Source of the DNA: a virus
DNA length: 64,000 bases
Direction: 5' to 3' (one strand)
Virus record (IMG/VR): IMGVR_UViG_3300026118_000005
Span: 2,916 to 66,915 of that record
The position numbers and the translations under genes were made by a program. Below the pieces are notes generated by a model that was not told the DNA's origin, made no database searches, and saw nothing but the letters and a program-made list of their open reading frames with translations. Position 1 is the stretch's first letter; every line of letters starts with the position of its first letter. Positions 38,281 to 47,602 of the stretch are shown here, in pieces.

Positions 38281-38510
38281 AGACTTCCGATATATCGGAC
38301 AAGGCCGTCTGTGAAGCGGTGGCGCAATACCAAGCATCTCGCAAACCTGCGCCATTCCCCTACGAAACCCTGGCAAAGCAGTTCAACTGCCCAGAAAAGG
38401 TTGCCTATCGCGCCCTTGAGCGTGCCGAGCGACATGGCTTGATCGAATATGGCGTATCCCTGCGCACCGGCTGGCTCACCGAAAAGGGAGAAGCCCTGCT
38501 CTCAAGCTAG
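38277..38510 (+). CDS. Small winged-HTH-like protein
   Basis: KVAYRALERAERHGLIEYGVSLRTGWLTEKG. Confidence 0.6.
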   Translation: MKTSDISDKAVCEAVAQYQASRKPAPFPYETLAKQFNCPEKVAYRALERAERHGLIEYGVSLRTGWLTEKGEALLSS

Positions 38511-38779
38511 CACCCCGTCCCACACGTTACCCTCCCAAAACGCATTCTCCCGGTCCTTCGATGGCTCGTAAATCGCATACCCGCACTCGCTGCCTTCCGC
38601 TTTCGGGGGTCGTGCAATCCCCATCCGAATCGTCACTTTACCCAGGTCCTCGATCACTCGCCGATTGAACGGGCCGCCCTGGAGCGTGATGACCGTCGGA
38701 GGATCGTAGGGACCAAACATTCGACCAGCCTACCACCCACCCCCTAAACCAGCAACCCCGGCGTGAGGTTTGATGGATT

Positions 38780-38860
38780 ATCTGACCACGATCCATGTAG
38801 AATCTGACTGTGCCGACCAGTAAATGTATAGAATCGGACACGAATTGTGTGAAATCGGAC
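38780..38860 (+). repeat. Helically phased ATC(T/G)GAC heptamers
   Basis: Copies at 38780, 38802, 38833 and 38854 (spacing 22, 31, 21). Confidence 0.55.
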
Positions 38861-40661
38861 TAGCACAAAAGCAAAGTCGAATTTGTCCTGTTGCCACGCA
38901 TTGGATCGATGATGTAAAAGCGTCTTCGTGCCCAAGCGACCACCGCCCGTCTGGACTTCTTCCAAAGAGGTTCCCACTGACGTTGCCGATCTGATCCGCC
39001 AGGGATGGCGAGCCGGTCAGGAAGCCGCTCGAAACGGCACAAAGAATGTCGAGTCGTGGACCGACGAATGCTCACGCAAGGCAAAAGCAGCCTTCGATGA
39101 GGTCGTTCCTGCCGCGATTCGCCGCCACGCCATGCGAATGAGCGGGCGATACACTCGCAAGAAGCTCATCTGGTTCATCACTAATTCCCCGTAGCCCATC
39201 TCCGGGCTCACCCTGGGCAGCCCTCACGGCAGACAAGCCGACCCAAATCTAGCTGGGAAGCTCTCGTGACTCTGATACTTGCCGTGTCGTAATGACAGCC
39301 CCGCGCAAAAGGTCAGTCGGGAATCGATAAGGTGAGACAAGCGCCTCAAGAAGCGCCTCACGTCGGCCCGAGCGAGATTTCGGTGAGAAAACGCGCCCTG
39401 GGGTCCAATCCCCTTTCACGGCCCTTCGCTTCCCCATCCGGCAATCCGGGTCCTACGAGAAAGACCACGGCACCCGTCAGGAAGATAGGCACAGGCGGGC
39501 ACCGCTCACGGAGCTTTGGAGAAGGATGAAATCCGTCCCTCAAGAGTTCGCTTCACCGACGACCACGCAGCATCGCGCAGTCGCCCCGTCATCAGCACAG
39601 CCAGGTGGCATCAGACGCGTTCGCACGCCCTGATTCAGGTTTCTCCAAGCGAGAGACAGGACACCTCCCCACGGGTAGTTATGGACTGATCCGATAACTG
39701 CTTGCACTATCAAATATCCAACAGAAGAAAAAATTTGTGCGCATCGTATCACCCATCCAATCGATAAACGAAACTCCAGATAGGGAAAAATTTGTAGGGA
39801 TCGCCTACGCTACAGCGTCTCGAGATTAGAGGCCGGGAGGGGACCCGTGGCGGTGTTGGCTTGCCATGGTTGAGGGCTGGGCGTAGACTTGGGAATGATG
39901 ACTGACGACGAGATTCGGGAGCTGGTGCGCGTGGTGTTGCAGGCGTCCACGGTTGAGATGCATCGAGGGTGCTTTCGGGAATCGACTGAGATGGTCCGAG
40001 CGGTTGAGGCCGTTCGCGGGTGGCAGGCGCGGAAGGAGGCGGCGAGTCGAGACACCTGGTTATCGGACGTTGAGCGACTCCAGGCCGCGATGGATGAGGC
40101 GACAGCCAAGCGGCTGGAGATCCGGCAAGAGTGCGAGAGGAAGTGGAATCCATGGCGAACTCCATGCTCCTCGGAGGCTGGTGAGCCAGAACGTCCCAAG
40201 ACCGACCTGATGGACGAGCAGGAGCGAGCGGCGATGGTTAGAGCCAGTTTGGCGCAGGACCAGTTTGCCGTGGCTGGCGCGACTTGGGCCAAGCATCGGG
40301 ACGAGATCGTGCTCAAGGCGTGGACGAGTGACTCTCAAACTTGAGAACGTCCTGTGACGCTGGCGGATGTCACGCTCGGCGTCACACTGGCTGGATTGTG
40401 GCGCATCGGACATCCTTTGTGCGAAATCGGACATTGATTGAACATTTTGCCTCGGAGTGCTTCCTGATACTGACCTCCCCCTGAGGTACGAGGTATGCTC
40501 GCGGTGCGGAGCCTGGGTGAGCAAGTAGGCGTTGGGTGCGGCGCTCAACTCCACGACCTCCGCAAGAACGAGCCCTGTACACGCTTCGAGGCTTGTCCGC
40601 ACTTCTGACCCTCGTCGTGCATTCAAACGCCTCCTAGCCCACCCAGAACGCCAGCAAACGG

Positions 40662-41252
40662 CTACTCATCAGCCGAGGACAACGCGTCGAAGTCGAATTC
40701 GGACACTGGCGCGGACTCAATCACCCGGCCTGTAACAGCTCGCTCGCTCGGTGTAACAGCCTGGGAATCGCCTTTGAGGCTGATGAAGTGCACCGACGCA
40801 GTAGCTTTCGCCTCCTTCGTGTCCAGGCCGGCCACCTTGTAGCCTACGTTGACGGCTGCCTGCATGTCGCGCCAGTTCCGAATGTCCGGCAAACCCTCCT
40901 CTGTAACAGTTACAAGCTTCTCCCTCACCTTTTCAGCAAGAAGCACCGGTATTTCCTCACGAAACCTGCCAATTTGGTCGGTGGAAGCCTGGATTCCGGC
41001 GTGTCTGGAGTCCTTTGTTACAACTGTTACACGGCCTTGTTTTATGGCCTTTGCAGCGGCTTCAGCTTTTACAGTGCGAGGGACGGCCCAGCCTTCTCTG
41101 TGGGATCGGACGCGGAAGGATGTGGAGAGGCGTTTAACCTCTTCGGGGTCATCTGGGTTACTGGCGTAGCGTTTGGCGAGTTCGGTCCAGCCTACGCCTT
41201 GGATAGCAGCTTGCTCGACTGCGGCCCAATCAATGTCCAATGCGGCTGGCAT
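40662..41252 (-). CDS. Terminase small subunit-like HTH protein
   Basis: IDWAAVEQAAIQGVGWTELAKRY N-terminal HTH..REGW, helical middle and acidic tail; next to the skew switch. Confidence 0.55.
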   Translation of the reverse strand: MPAALDIDWAAVEQAAIQGVGWTELAKRYASNPDDPEEVKRLSTSFRVRSHREGWAVPRTVKAEAAAKAIKQGRVTVVTKDSRHAGIQASTDQIGRFREEIPVLLAEKVREKLVTVTEEGLPDIRNWRDMQAAVNVGYKVAGLDTKEAKATASVHFISLKGDSQAVTPSERAVTGRVIESAPVSEFDFDALSSADE

Positions 41253-41543
41253 TTAGGAAGCGGCGGCAGGGATGACGCGCGACCAAGGGGAGACGCAGTT
41301 GGCTATAGCGCCGAGACCTAGGCTGGCGATCTTGATTCCCTCTGGGGTGCCGGTTTTGTCGTTAGCGTGGTAGTTGCGGAGGGCTGTAACGGCTTCTTCG
41401 AGCGAGGGTGCGAGGATAACGAGGCGTTGGTCGTAGATGTAGCCGAGAGGTTTGTTGTGGCGCGTGATCTCTGGGCATTTGAGGTCGTAGGAGAGTTGCC
41501 ACGCTTCGATAGGGCGGAAAGTGGGATCGGTGAGTGTGCTCAT
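41253..41543 (-). CDS. Hypothetical protein
   Basis: 96 aa abutting the next gene. Confidence 0.5.
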   Translation of the reverse strand: MSTLTDPTFRPIEAWQLSYDLKCPEITRHNKPLGYIYDQRLVILAPSLEEAVTALRNYHANDKTGTPEGIKIASLGLGAIANCVSPWSRVIPAAAS

Positions 41544-42208
41544 GGGGTTACAGCCTGCTTGATTGAATTGAGCGATGTCAGCGGCGGTTCATGCGTTGGA
41601 TGGCGTGGCGTGCGTTGCAATCCACTCCTTGCTGAGCCATTCGGGGAATGTTTCTCCGTCCGGTTGGTGAAGCAAGTAGGGCCGATCAGGCGAGGCTTGG
41701 GAAGCCTGGGACATGATGTGGAACATTTTGACGGTTCCATCGGGGCTGCGCACTGGGGTGAGGGACCAGACTGGGCGTTCTTCGGTGGGTTGATTTGAGT
41801 TCATGAGTTTGTGCGTGGTATGGTGAGAGTTGCGGAGCCTTTTCGATGGCTACCCAATCGATGTCGAGAGCGCAGGGCATTAGGCGAAAGTGTTGAGTTG
41901 GCGAAGGATGGGTGCGCCGTCTTTGCTGATTAGCAGGACTTTACTTTCGACTGCATTGAATGCGTGTCTAAGTTCGGCGGTGGAGGGGAGTGGTCGGAGC
42001 TTACGCTTGGTATCGGCGATGACCTTGCGGGATCGAGCGAGACCAACGAGGGAGGGTTTAACTTTGCGCAAATATCGGTCAGCGCGGATGGCATTTCCGT
42101 TCTTAATGGCCTCGCAATAGCTTTCGATGGCGCAAAGTAGGGAGCTTTTTAACTCTCGTTCGGCCTTGGCTGCGCAGGCCAGGATTTGGGTGTGCTGTTG
42201 GCGAGCGG

Positions 42209-42358
42209 TCATTTGCAGGGGTAGGGAGGCAGCACGCGGTAACGCATCCGATACCAGCGGCCATGGGCGCGCCACTCGGAAGGCTTTTGGGATGCTTTGG
42301 CGAGCGGGGCGACAGCGAGAGCCAGGAGGGCTGTGAGGAAGGATCGGCGGTGTTTCAT
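42209..42358 (-). CDS. Twin-arginine-like mini-protein (49 aa)
   Basis: MKHRRSFLTALLALAVAPLAKA; ATGA-coupled. Confidence 0.55.
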   Translation of the reverse strand: MKHRRSFLTALLALAVAPLAKASQKPSEWRAHGRWYRMRYRVLPPYPCK

Positions 42359-42732
42359 GCTTTCACGAGTCTTTCTCTGACGGAAGGGTGGAGGAAGCGA
42401 GGGTTGTAGATCGTGCGTGGAGTGATCCACTTGAAAGGCTGCGAGGCGTCCTGTTTCAGGTAATCCACTTGAATGCTGAGCACGGTCCATCGTGAGGCTG
42501 GGAAATGGCCTTCGTTGCCATCGCGGTAATGCATCGTCAAATGGTCCTCAGGGTCGATGTAGATGCGTTCGATGTCGGTGGCGAACATAATCCAGTTGGC
42601 TTCATTCCACAGGAACACCTGATGGCATTGGGGAACGTCTATCTGGCGAATCTGAGGGGCTGCACTCGGCGGAACTGCCAGCGCAGTGACAGGCGCGGCT
42701 ATCGTGGCTTGGAGGATGTGGCGGCGGTTCAT
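42355..42732 (-). CDS. Twin-arginine-like protein
   Basis: MNRRHILQATIAAPVTALA; coupled. Confidence 0.55.
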   Translation of the reverse strand: MNRRHILQATIAAPVTALAVPPSAAPQIRQIDVPQCHQVFLWNEANWIMFATDIERIYIDPEDHLTMHYRDGNEGHFPASRWTVLSIQVDYLKQDASQPFKWITPRTIYNPRFLHPSVRERLVKA

Positions 42733-42935
42733 GCGTTCGCTCTTTCGTATCCGTGGAATGTCGAAGGCTGTGCACCATCAGCGATAAGCTGGCGGTAAAT
42801 GTCGTCTAGCAGTGCCTGCGTTAGACGTGATGCTGGCATGACTGGTGCGGCAACCGGCGCAATCCTGACCTGCAAGTCTAGGCAGAGTCCCGCGATGAAG
42901 CAACCGAGGGAGGAGATGAGGGAGCGGCGGGTCAT
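42729..42935 (-). CDS. Twin-arginine-like mini-protein carrying a capsid-like segment (68 aa)
   Basis: MTRRSLISSLGCFIAGL...PASRLTQALLDDIYRQLIADGA, 15/22 identical to the capsid protein segment. Confidence 0.65.
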   Translation of the reverse strand: MTRRSLISSLGCFIAGLCLDLQVRIAPVAAPVMPASRLTQALLDDIYRQLIADGAQPSTFHGYERANA

Positions 42936-43179
42936 TACGTCCTCCCGAGATAGCGATGATTGCCTTTGCCGTCGCGAATGAGTTGAGCCTTGCGCATGTA
43001 TCCCTGAGCGGTCGAACTCTCCCACCGTTGCAGGTGCAGTCTTTCTCCATCCAGTCGCTTGCGGTCTTGGTATACGCGAAGACGCGCGATACGCTGGCGT
43101 TCGGTTTTTGGCACTAGTCGTAACGACCGTGGATTATCCCGAGGGGACAACATGCCCAAAGAAAAGATCGACCCCCAGC

Positions 43180-43455
43180 TCACTTCGTTACCTCCTGCGC
43201 GACTTTGCTGAGCTTTGCCCTGCGCTTGGGGCTGTAGGCACTCACGTGGGTTCTGGCGGCGTCTGCGGCCTTCTCCAGGGCTTCCGATTGATCGACCGGC
43301 AGTTTCTTGGGCCTGCCAAGCTTCCCGCTGGCCTGAGCCTTCTTCCAGTTCTCGCGTGCTGCGGCTGACTTAGCCTCTGACTTGATGCCAGCGATACGGC
43401 GGCAGTGGTCCGCGAGTGTGACGGGAGGCAATGGAGCCTCGGGAAGTGCTTTCAT
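43180..43455 (-). CDS. Small basic DNA-binding-like protein
   Basis: KSAAARENWKK...GRPKK (AT-hook-like); promoter TTGACT-16-CACACT lies 7 nt upstream. Confidence 0.6.
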   Translation of the reverse strand: MKALPEAPLPPVTLADHCRRIAGIKSEAKSAAARENWKKAQASGKLGRPKKLPVDQSEALEKAADAARTHVSAYSPKRRAKLSKVAQEVTK

Positions 43456-43486
43456 GTGTACGAGTGTGGCGGTATTCTTGCGGGAG

Positions 43487-43789
43487 TCAAGCCATTACTC
43501 TGGCGATGGCTTGGATGGAAGCATTGGCCGCCTTGTTCCGCGATTCCTTGGCGCTGGCTTCGCTGTTGGGATGGAAGAACGCTTCTGGCTTGAGTCCATC
43601 CTTTTTCAGGTGACCCAGCTTTCCGGCTTTCACTCCATCCATCAGGGCGCGACGAGTCTCCATCTGCATCTTGGCCTCGACGAGGCGCACTCCCATCATG
43701 CGCACAACTTCGACGTTTGCCTGTGCGGCGCTCATTCCGTTGTCCATGAGTCCGCGAGCCGTTTCGATTGCAGTTTGTTGTCCAGTCAT
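43487..43789 (-). CDS. Hypothetical protein
   Basis: 100 aa; first gene of the leftward unit from the divergent promoter region. Confidence 0.6.
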   Translation of the reverse strand: MTGQQTAIETARGLMDNGMSAAQANVEVVRMMGVRLVEAKMQMETRRALMDGVKAGKLGHLKKDGLKPEAFFHPNSEASAKESRNKAANASIQAIARVMA

Positions 43790-43903
43790 GGCGCATGAAT
43801 ACTAGCTTGATGGTATTACGCAACAAGAAAGTGCATCTTCCCCTCAAATCGTGGGAGAAGACGCCAAGCTGAAAAATGGTTGATCTTTTTTCGCTTCACA
43901 CGC

Positions 43904-43932
43904 TTGACACATAACGAACACGCTGGTATTAT
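43904..43932 (+). promoter_or_regulatory. Near-consensus sigma70 promoter
   Basis: TTGACA-17-TATTAT; ATG of 43939 follows 6 nt later. Confidence 0.8.
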
Positions 43933-43938
43933 CGGGAC

Positions 43939-44145
43939 ATGAAAGCAATGCAATCACTCAACCCGTTTCCAAAAAACAGTGTGGCCGCGAAAGCGTATGC
44001 CCGCTTCAACCATGTATCCGCCGCCGTGGAATTCGTTCGCATCGTTGATGAAAACGGCATTCCTAGGCATCATCTCAGTTCCGCTGAACAGGCCGAAGTG
44101 AACGCCGCTGAACGGTACATCAAGGATCAAAATCCATTTGGCTAA
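43939..44145 (+). CDS. Hypothetical early protein
   Basis: 68 aa directly behind a strong promoter. Confidence 0.6.
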   Translation: MKAMQSLNPFPKNSVAAKAYARFNHVSAAVEFVRIVDENGIPRHHLSSAEQAEVNAAERYIKDQNPFG

Positions 44146-44200
44146 CCCCCTCCGAAGGGGCGCGGCTTCCCAACGCGCGAACTCTAACTGACTCACGAAT

Positions 44201-44452
44201 ATGACTCCTATCATCATCCTGGCAGAAAACGAAGAAGGCACCAGTGAACCTGTCGCTATTTGCACCCGCGAAGAATCGGAACAACTCATCCGCGAGGATT
44301 ACGACCGCCGCCTGAAGCTTGTGGACGCCGAAGAGTCTCCCCTTTGTCCATTTCAGTATACGCTTTGGGAACAAGGTCGCTTCGGATACGAACTCGTTCA
44401 GACCACCCTAGCGGAGAATGTCTATGACATCCTTAACCAAAACTCCAACTAA
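44201..44452 (+). CDS. Hypothetical early protein
   Basis: 83 aa acidic ORF. Confidence 0.55.
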   Translation: MTPIIILAENEEGTSEPVAICTREESEQLIREDYDRRLKLVDAEESPLCPFQYTLWEQGRFGYELVQTTLAENVYDILNQNSN

Positions 44453-44460
44453 CTGACTCT

Positions 44461-44733
44461 ATGCAACTAGAACAACAATGGCGTCACCGCTCAGACGCGG
44501 ATGACTTGGCTGACGGCGAAGATGTGCTAGGACTACTCAAGGACGGTACGCGCATTCTGGTTTGCGTGACTCGGGGTCACTGGTGCTACTCGGCTGGAGG
44601 GATGAAGTGCACTGTGCTTTCAATGTGGCATCCCTTGCCGCGAAATCCTGATGGCTGGGAACCTCTCAACCATCCAGAATGCTCCATATGCCGGCGGAGA
44701 CACGGGAGCGAGATTGTTCACGCGTGCGAGTGA
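44461..44733 (+). CDS. Hypothetical early protein
   Basis: 90 aa; followed by hairpin GGGCGTG-GGGCAACT-CACGCCC-TTTTT. Confidence 0.5.
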   Translation: MQLEQQWRHRSDADDLADGEDVLGLLKDGTRILVCVTRGHWCYSAGGMKCTVLSMWHPLPRNPDGWEPLNHPECSICRRRHGSEIVHACE

Positions 44734-44982
44734 ACCTTTAGGCAATTCCTGACAGTTGGGGGCGTGGGGCAACTCACGCCCTTTTTCATGTGATCCTCTC
44801 AAGCGCCTCCAGTCGCTCTTGATATTCGGCCTTGCGAGCCTCCAGGTTGATGATGCGTTGACGGAGTGCAGCTTTCGCGCTTTCGATGTCTCTTTTGGTC
44901 GGCTTCATCGCGGCTAACTCCTTTACGGTTAGAGTACATCCGCAGCGCAGGCGAGAACGTGCGCAGGCTTTTTCGAGTTGAG

Positions 44983-45360
44983 TCATGGGATCAATTTACC
45001 ATTCAATGGAGCGAAAGGCACATCGTCCTCTGCTAGTTCGGAGCCTGAAACATCGCTCGGCGTCGGATACCTCGCCGGCTCTTTGCGCGGAGCGGAGCGA
45101 GGGGGTGCGGATTGGCGGGTCGGCGGGGCGGTCGAGCCCTTTCGCTCAAGTGGCTTCCCGTTTCCGATGTAGATACCCTTCGTTCCCGCTTCCCGTTCTT
45201 CGCGGGGCGGAGAGAGCTTCAAGGCATGGGTATTGCCGTACTCGTCAACGGAATCGTTCTCGAAAAGAACGCAGTCGATGTACTTGCCTTTCTTGCCTTG
45301 GAAGATCCACTCCCGAGGTATTTTGCTTACGTCGATTTTGATGGCAAGGTGTGTGCTCAT
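44983..45360 (-). CDS. Single-stranded DNA-binding protein (phage type)
   Basis: KIDVSKI..GKKGKY, DEYGN, YIGNGK, disordered linker and acidic EDDVPF tail. Confidence 0.7.
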   Translation of the reverse strand: MSTHLAIKIDVSKIPREWIFQGKKGKYIDCVLFENDSVDEYGNTHALKLSPPREEREAGTKGIYIGNGKPLERKGSTAPPTRQSAPPRSAPRKEPARYPTPSDVSGSELAEDDVPFAPLNGKLIP

Positions 45361-45595
45361 TGCGTGTTTATTAAATGATTCCTCTCTTCTTCGCCCATTC
45401 GATCATAGACGGCAGGATGGTGTCAGCCGTTGGTTTGGCAGGTTCTTCGACGGTCTCTTTGGCATCTGGGTCAATCGTTACCAAGACTTGCTTGAATACC
45501 AAAAGACCGCCGCCGTTTGCCTTAAGTTTCTCTTCTCGTGTCATGCTTCGTCCTTTCTCTTAGCCCATCGTTTCTTCGCCAGTTCGCTCTTGCTG

Positions 45596-45949
45596 CTAGC
45601 GTTCGTCAATACGTTCTTTCCAGCTTTTATGCACCACCACGCCTCTCTTCTCCATTATGGCCACATATCGGTCGCGGTATTCTTGAACCTCAGAGGCGTG
45701 CTCATGGAGATTCCCAAACACGAAGCAATGGCACTTCTCTGCCGCCATGATGTCCGCTCGAAGTTGAACACAGTCCAAACACGTCTTGTTACAGTCCGCG
45801 CGCCCATCCCAAATACCATCATATCGCTCGTAGAATTCTCCTGGCTCAATCCAGCCACGGCACTCGCAACATTTGTGCCTCTTTCTAGCCTTCGGTCTAG
45901 TTTCGTGGAATACGCTTGGGCTTTCCGCATAATCACAGTCGCAACTCAT
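45596..45949 (-). CDS. Cys-rich Zn-binding phage protein
   Basis: KARKRHKCCECRGWIEPGEFY...KTCLDC. Confidence 0.65.
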   Translation of the reverse strand: MSCDCDYAESPSVFHETRPKARKRHKCCECRGWIEPGEFYERYDGIWDGRADCNKTCLDCVQLRADIMAAEKCHCFVFGNLHEHASEVQEYRDRYVAIMEKRGVVVHKSWKERIDER

Positions 45950-46204
45950 AGTCCTGATCCTTTCTGTAGTTTCACTCTCTGGCTCCTCGGTGGTTGGTTT
46001 GCATGGCTAGTTCTGGCGCACGTTGAGCCTGTAGCCATTCGTGCATCTGACGCGAGTATCGTTCTCGCCATCCTGGGAACTGGCGGTCGCGCTCGTCGTT
46101 GTGCTGGGCGATCAATTCTTGAATCTCGCTCATGCTCTTTCCTTCGCCGAGCGCTTTCGCAATCGCATCGGTCGTTCGCTCGCGGTTCGGGTAGGTTGGG
46201 TGAG

Positions 46205-47602
46205 TCATGAATCGTGGTCCTTTCTGGCTTTAGTCTTGGATTTATCTTGCGTTGGTTGCGGATCTTCTTCCTGGTCATCGCTTGGCCATGGATCGAAACG
46301 GCATGCCTGCTTGCGGAATAGATGATTCTTTGCCTCGGTCGGTCCGTTGCGCTGCTTCGCTAGATCGAACCGAACACTCCAAAGGCCAGCGTCATTAGGT
46401 TGCCTCGCGGGCTTGGATAGCAGCAACGCCACGTCTGCGTCTTGCTCTATCCCTCCGCACCACTCGAAATCGGAGAGGCGAGGATGCCGGTTGTTCTTCT
46501 CGCAATCGCGGTTGAGTTGCGCGCAAATCAGCCAAGGAATTTCCAACTCCTTCACGCCGTCCACGCACGCCTTCGAGTTCTCGCGGTGGAGTTCGCTCCC
46601 GTTGCTATTCTTTCGCGCGTTAGGAGGTTCAGCCATGCGTTGCAGGAAGTCCACGCATATCAGCGCCACGCCGTGATCGCGCTTCCACCTGCGGGCTTTG
46701 GCGCGAAGCGTGGAATGGTTCATGCCTGAACGGTCGTCGCAGTAGATCTCCGCCTTTTTGAGCTTCTTGGCCCCATCATTCAGCGCCCGTTGCTCTTCCT
46801 TGTTGATCGTGCCGCCAAAAAGCCGGTTGAGGGGAATGCTGGTCGCGAGTGAGAGTAGGCGCTTGTTGATCGCCTCGCGGGACATTTCCAGTGAGAAGAA
46901 TCCAACGGGAATGCCTCGCTTGATTGCGACTTCCTCAATGATTTGCAGAATGAACGTGGTTTTGCCAACAGACGGGCGAGCGCCGATGTACCACGCCTCG
47001 GGGCGTAAACCGTGCACCATGTTGTCTAGCCATCCGAATCCCGTGGGAATGCCGGACATCTCCGAACCCGTCTCCATGCGCTCCATGATCTCTCGAAGCG
47101 TGCCGTCGATGTAGTGCCGCATCAGGTCCGGTTTCGTGCGATCCTTGGGGCGGATAGCCAGCATGCGGGATTCAATGGCGTCCAATAGCTTCAGCGGCTC
47201 GGCAGAGTGCTCGACATCGTAGGCGTTTTGAATGTTCTCGGTGGACGCGCTGATGATCCCGCGCAGCAACGCCTTGTCCTCCATGATGGCGACGAAATAG
47301 GGGTAGTGCGCCTGGGTGGGAGGGAACTGGCTCAACTCCGCGACGGCATGCGGTCCGCCAGCCTTGTCGATGGTCTGCCGGTCCAGCAGGTATTGCATCA
47401 GGGCTACGGCGTCCACTGGCTTAGCCGCGCTTCGCAGAGCAACAATGGCCTCGAATACGTGCCGATGGGCGGGATGGTAAAACGCTGGGCCTAGCCCTCG
47501 TTCCATCGCATCGTCGATCAGTTCTGCGCGCCACAGGAGACACGCTAGGACGGTCTTCTCCGCCTCCTCGCTGAATGGCTGGGATCGTTGCAGATCGCTC
47601 AT
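46205..47602 (-). CDS. dnaB: Replicative DNA helicase DnaB-like
   Basis: EAEKTVL, FYHPAHRHVF, GARPSVGKT, FSLEMS, VDFLQ, AQLNR, IEQDAD, AKQRNGP. Confidence 0.95.
   Translation of the reverse strand: MSDLQRSQPFSEEAEKTVLACLLWRAELIDDAMERGLGPAFYHPAHRHVFEAIVALRSAAKPVDAVALMQYLLDRQTIDKAGGPHAVAELSQFPPTQAHYPYFVAIMEDKALLRGIISASTENIQNAYDVEHSAEPLKLLDAIESRMLAIRPKDRTKPDLMRHYIDGTLREIMERMETGSEMSGIPTGFGWLDNMVHGLRPEAWYIGARPSVGKTTFILQIIEEVAIKRGIPVGFFSLEMSREAINKRLLSLATSIPLNRLFGGTINKEEQRALNDGAKKLKKAEIYCDDRSGMNHSTLRAKARRWKRDHGVALICVDFLQRMAEPPNARKNSNGSELHRENSKACVDGVKELEIPWLICAQLNRDCEKNNRHPRLSDFEWCGGIEQDADVALLLSKPARQPNDAGLWSVRFDLAKQRNGPTEAKNHLFRKQACRFDPWPSDDQEEDPQPTQDKSKTKARKDHDS

Noticed and set aside
45233-46210. 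325-aa + strand hydrophobic ORF
   Set aside because: Antisense to several coupled minus-strand genes with recognisable motifs.
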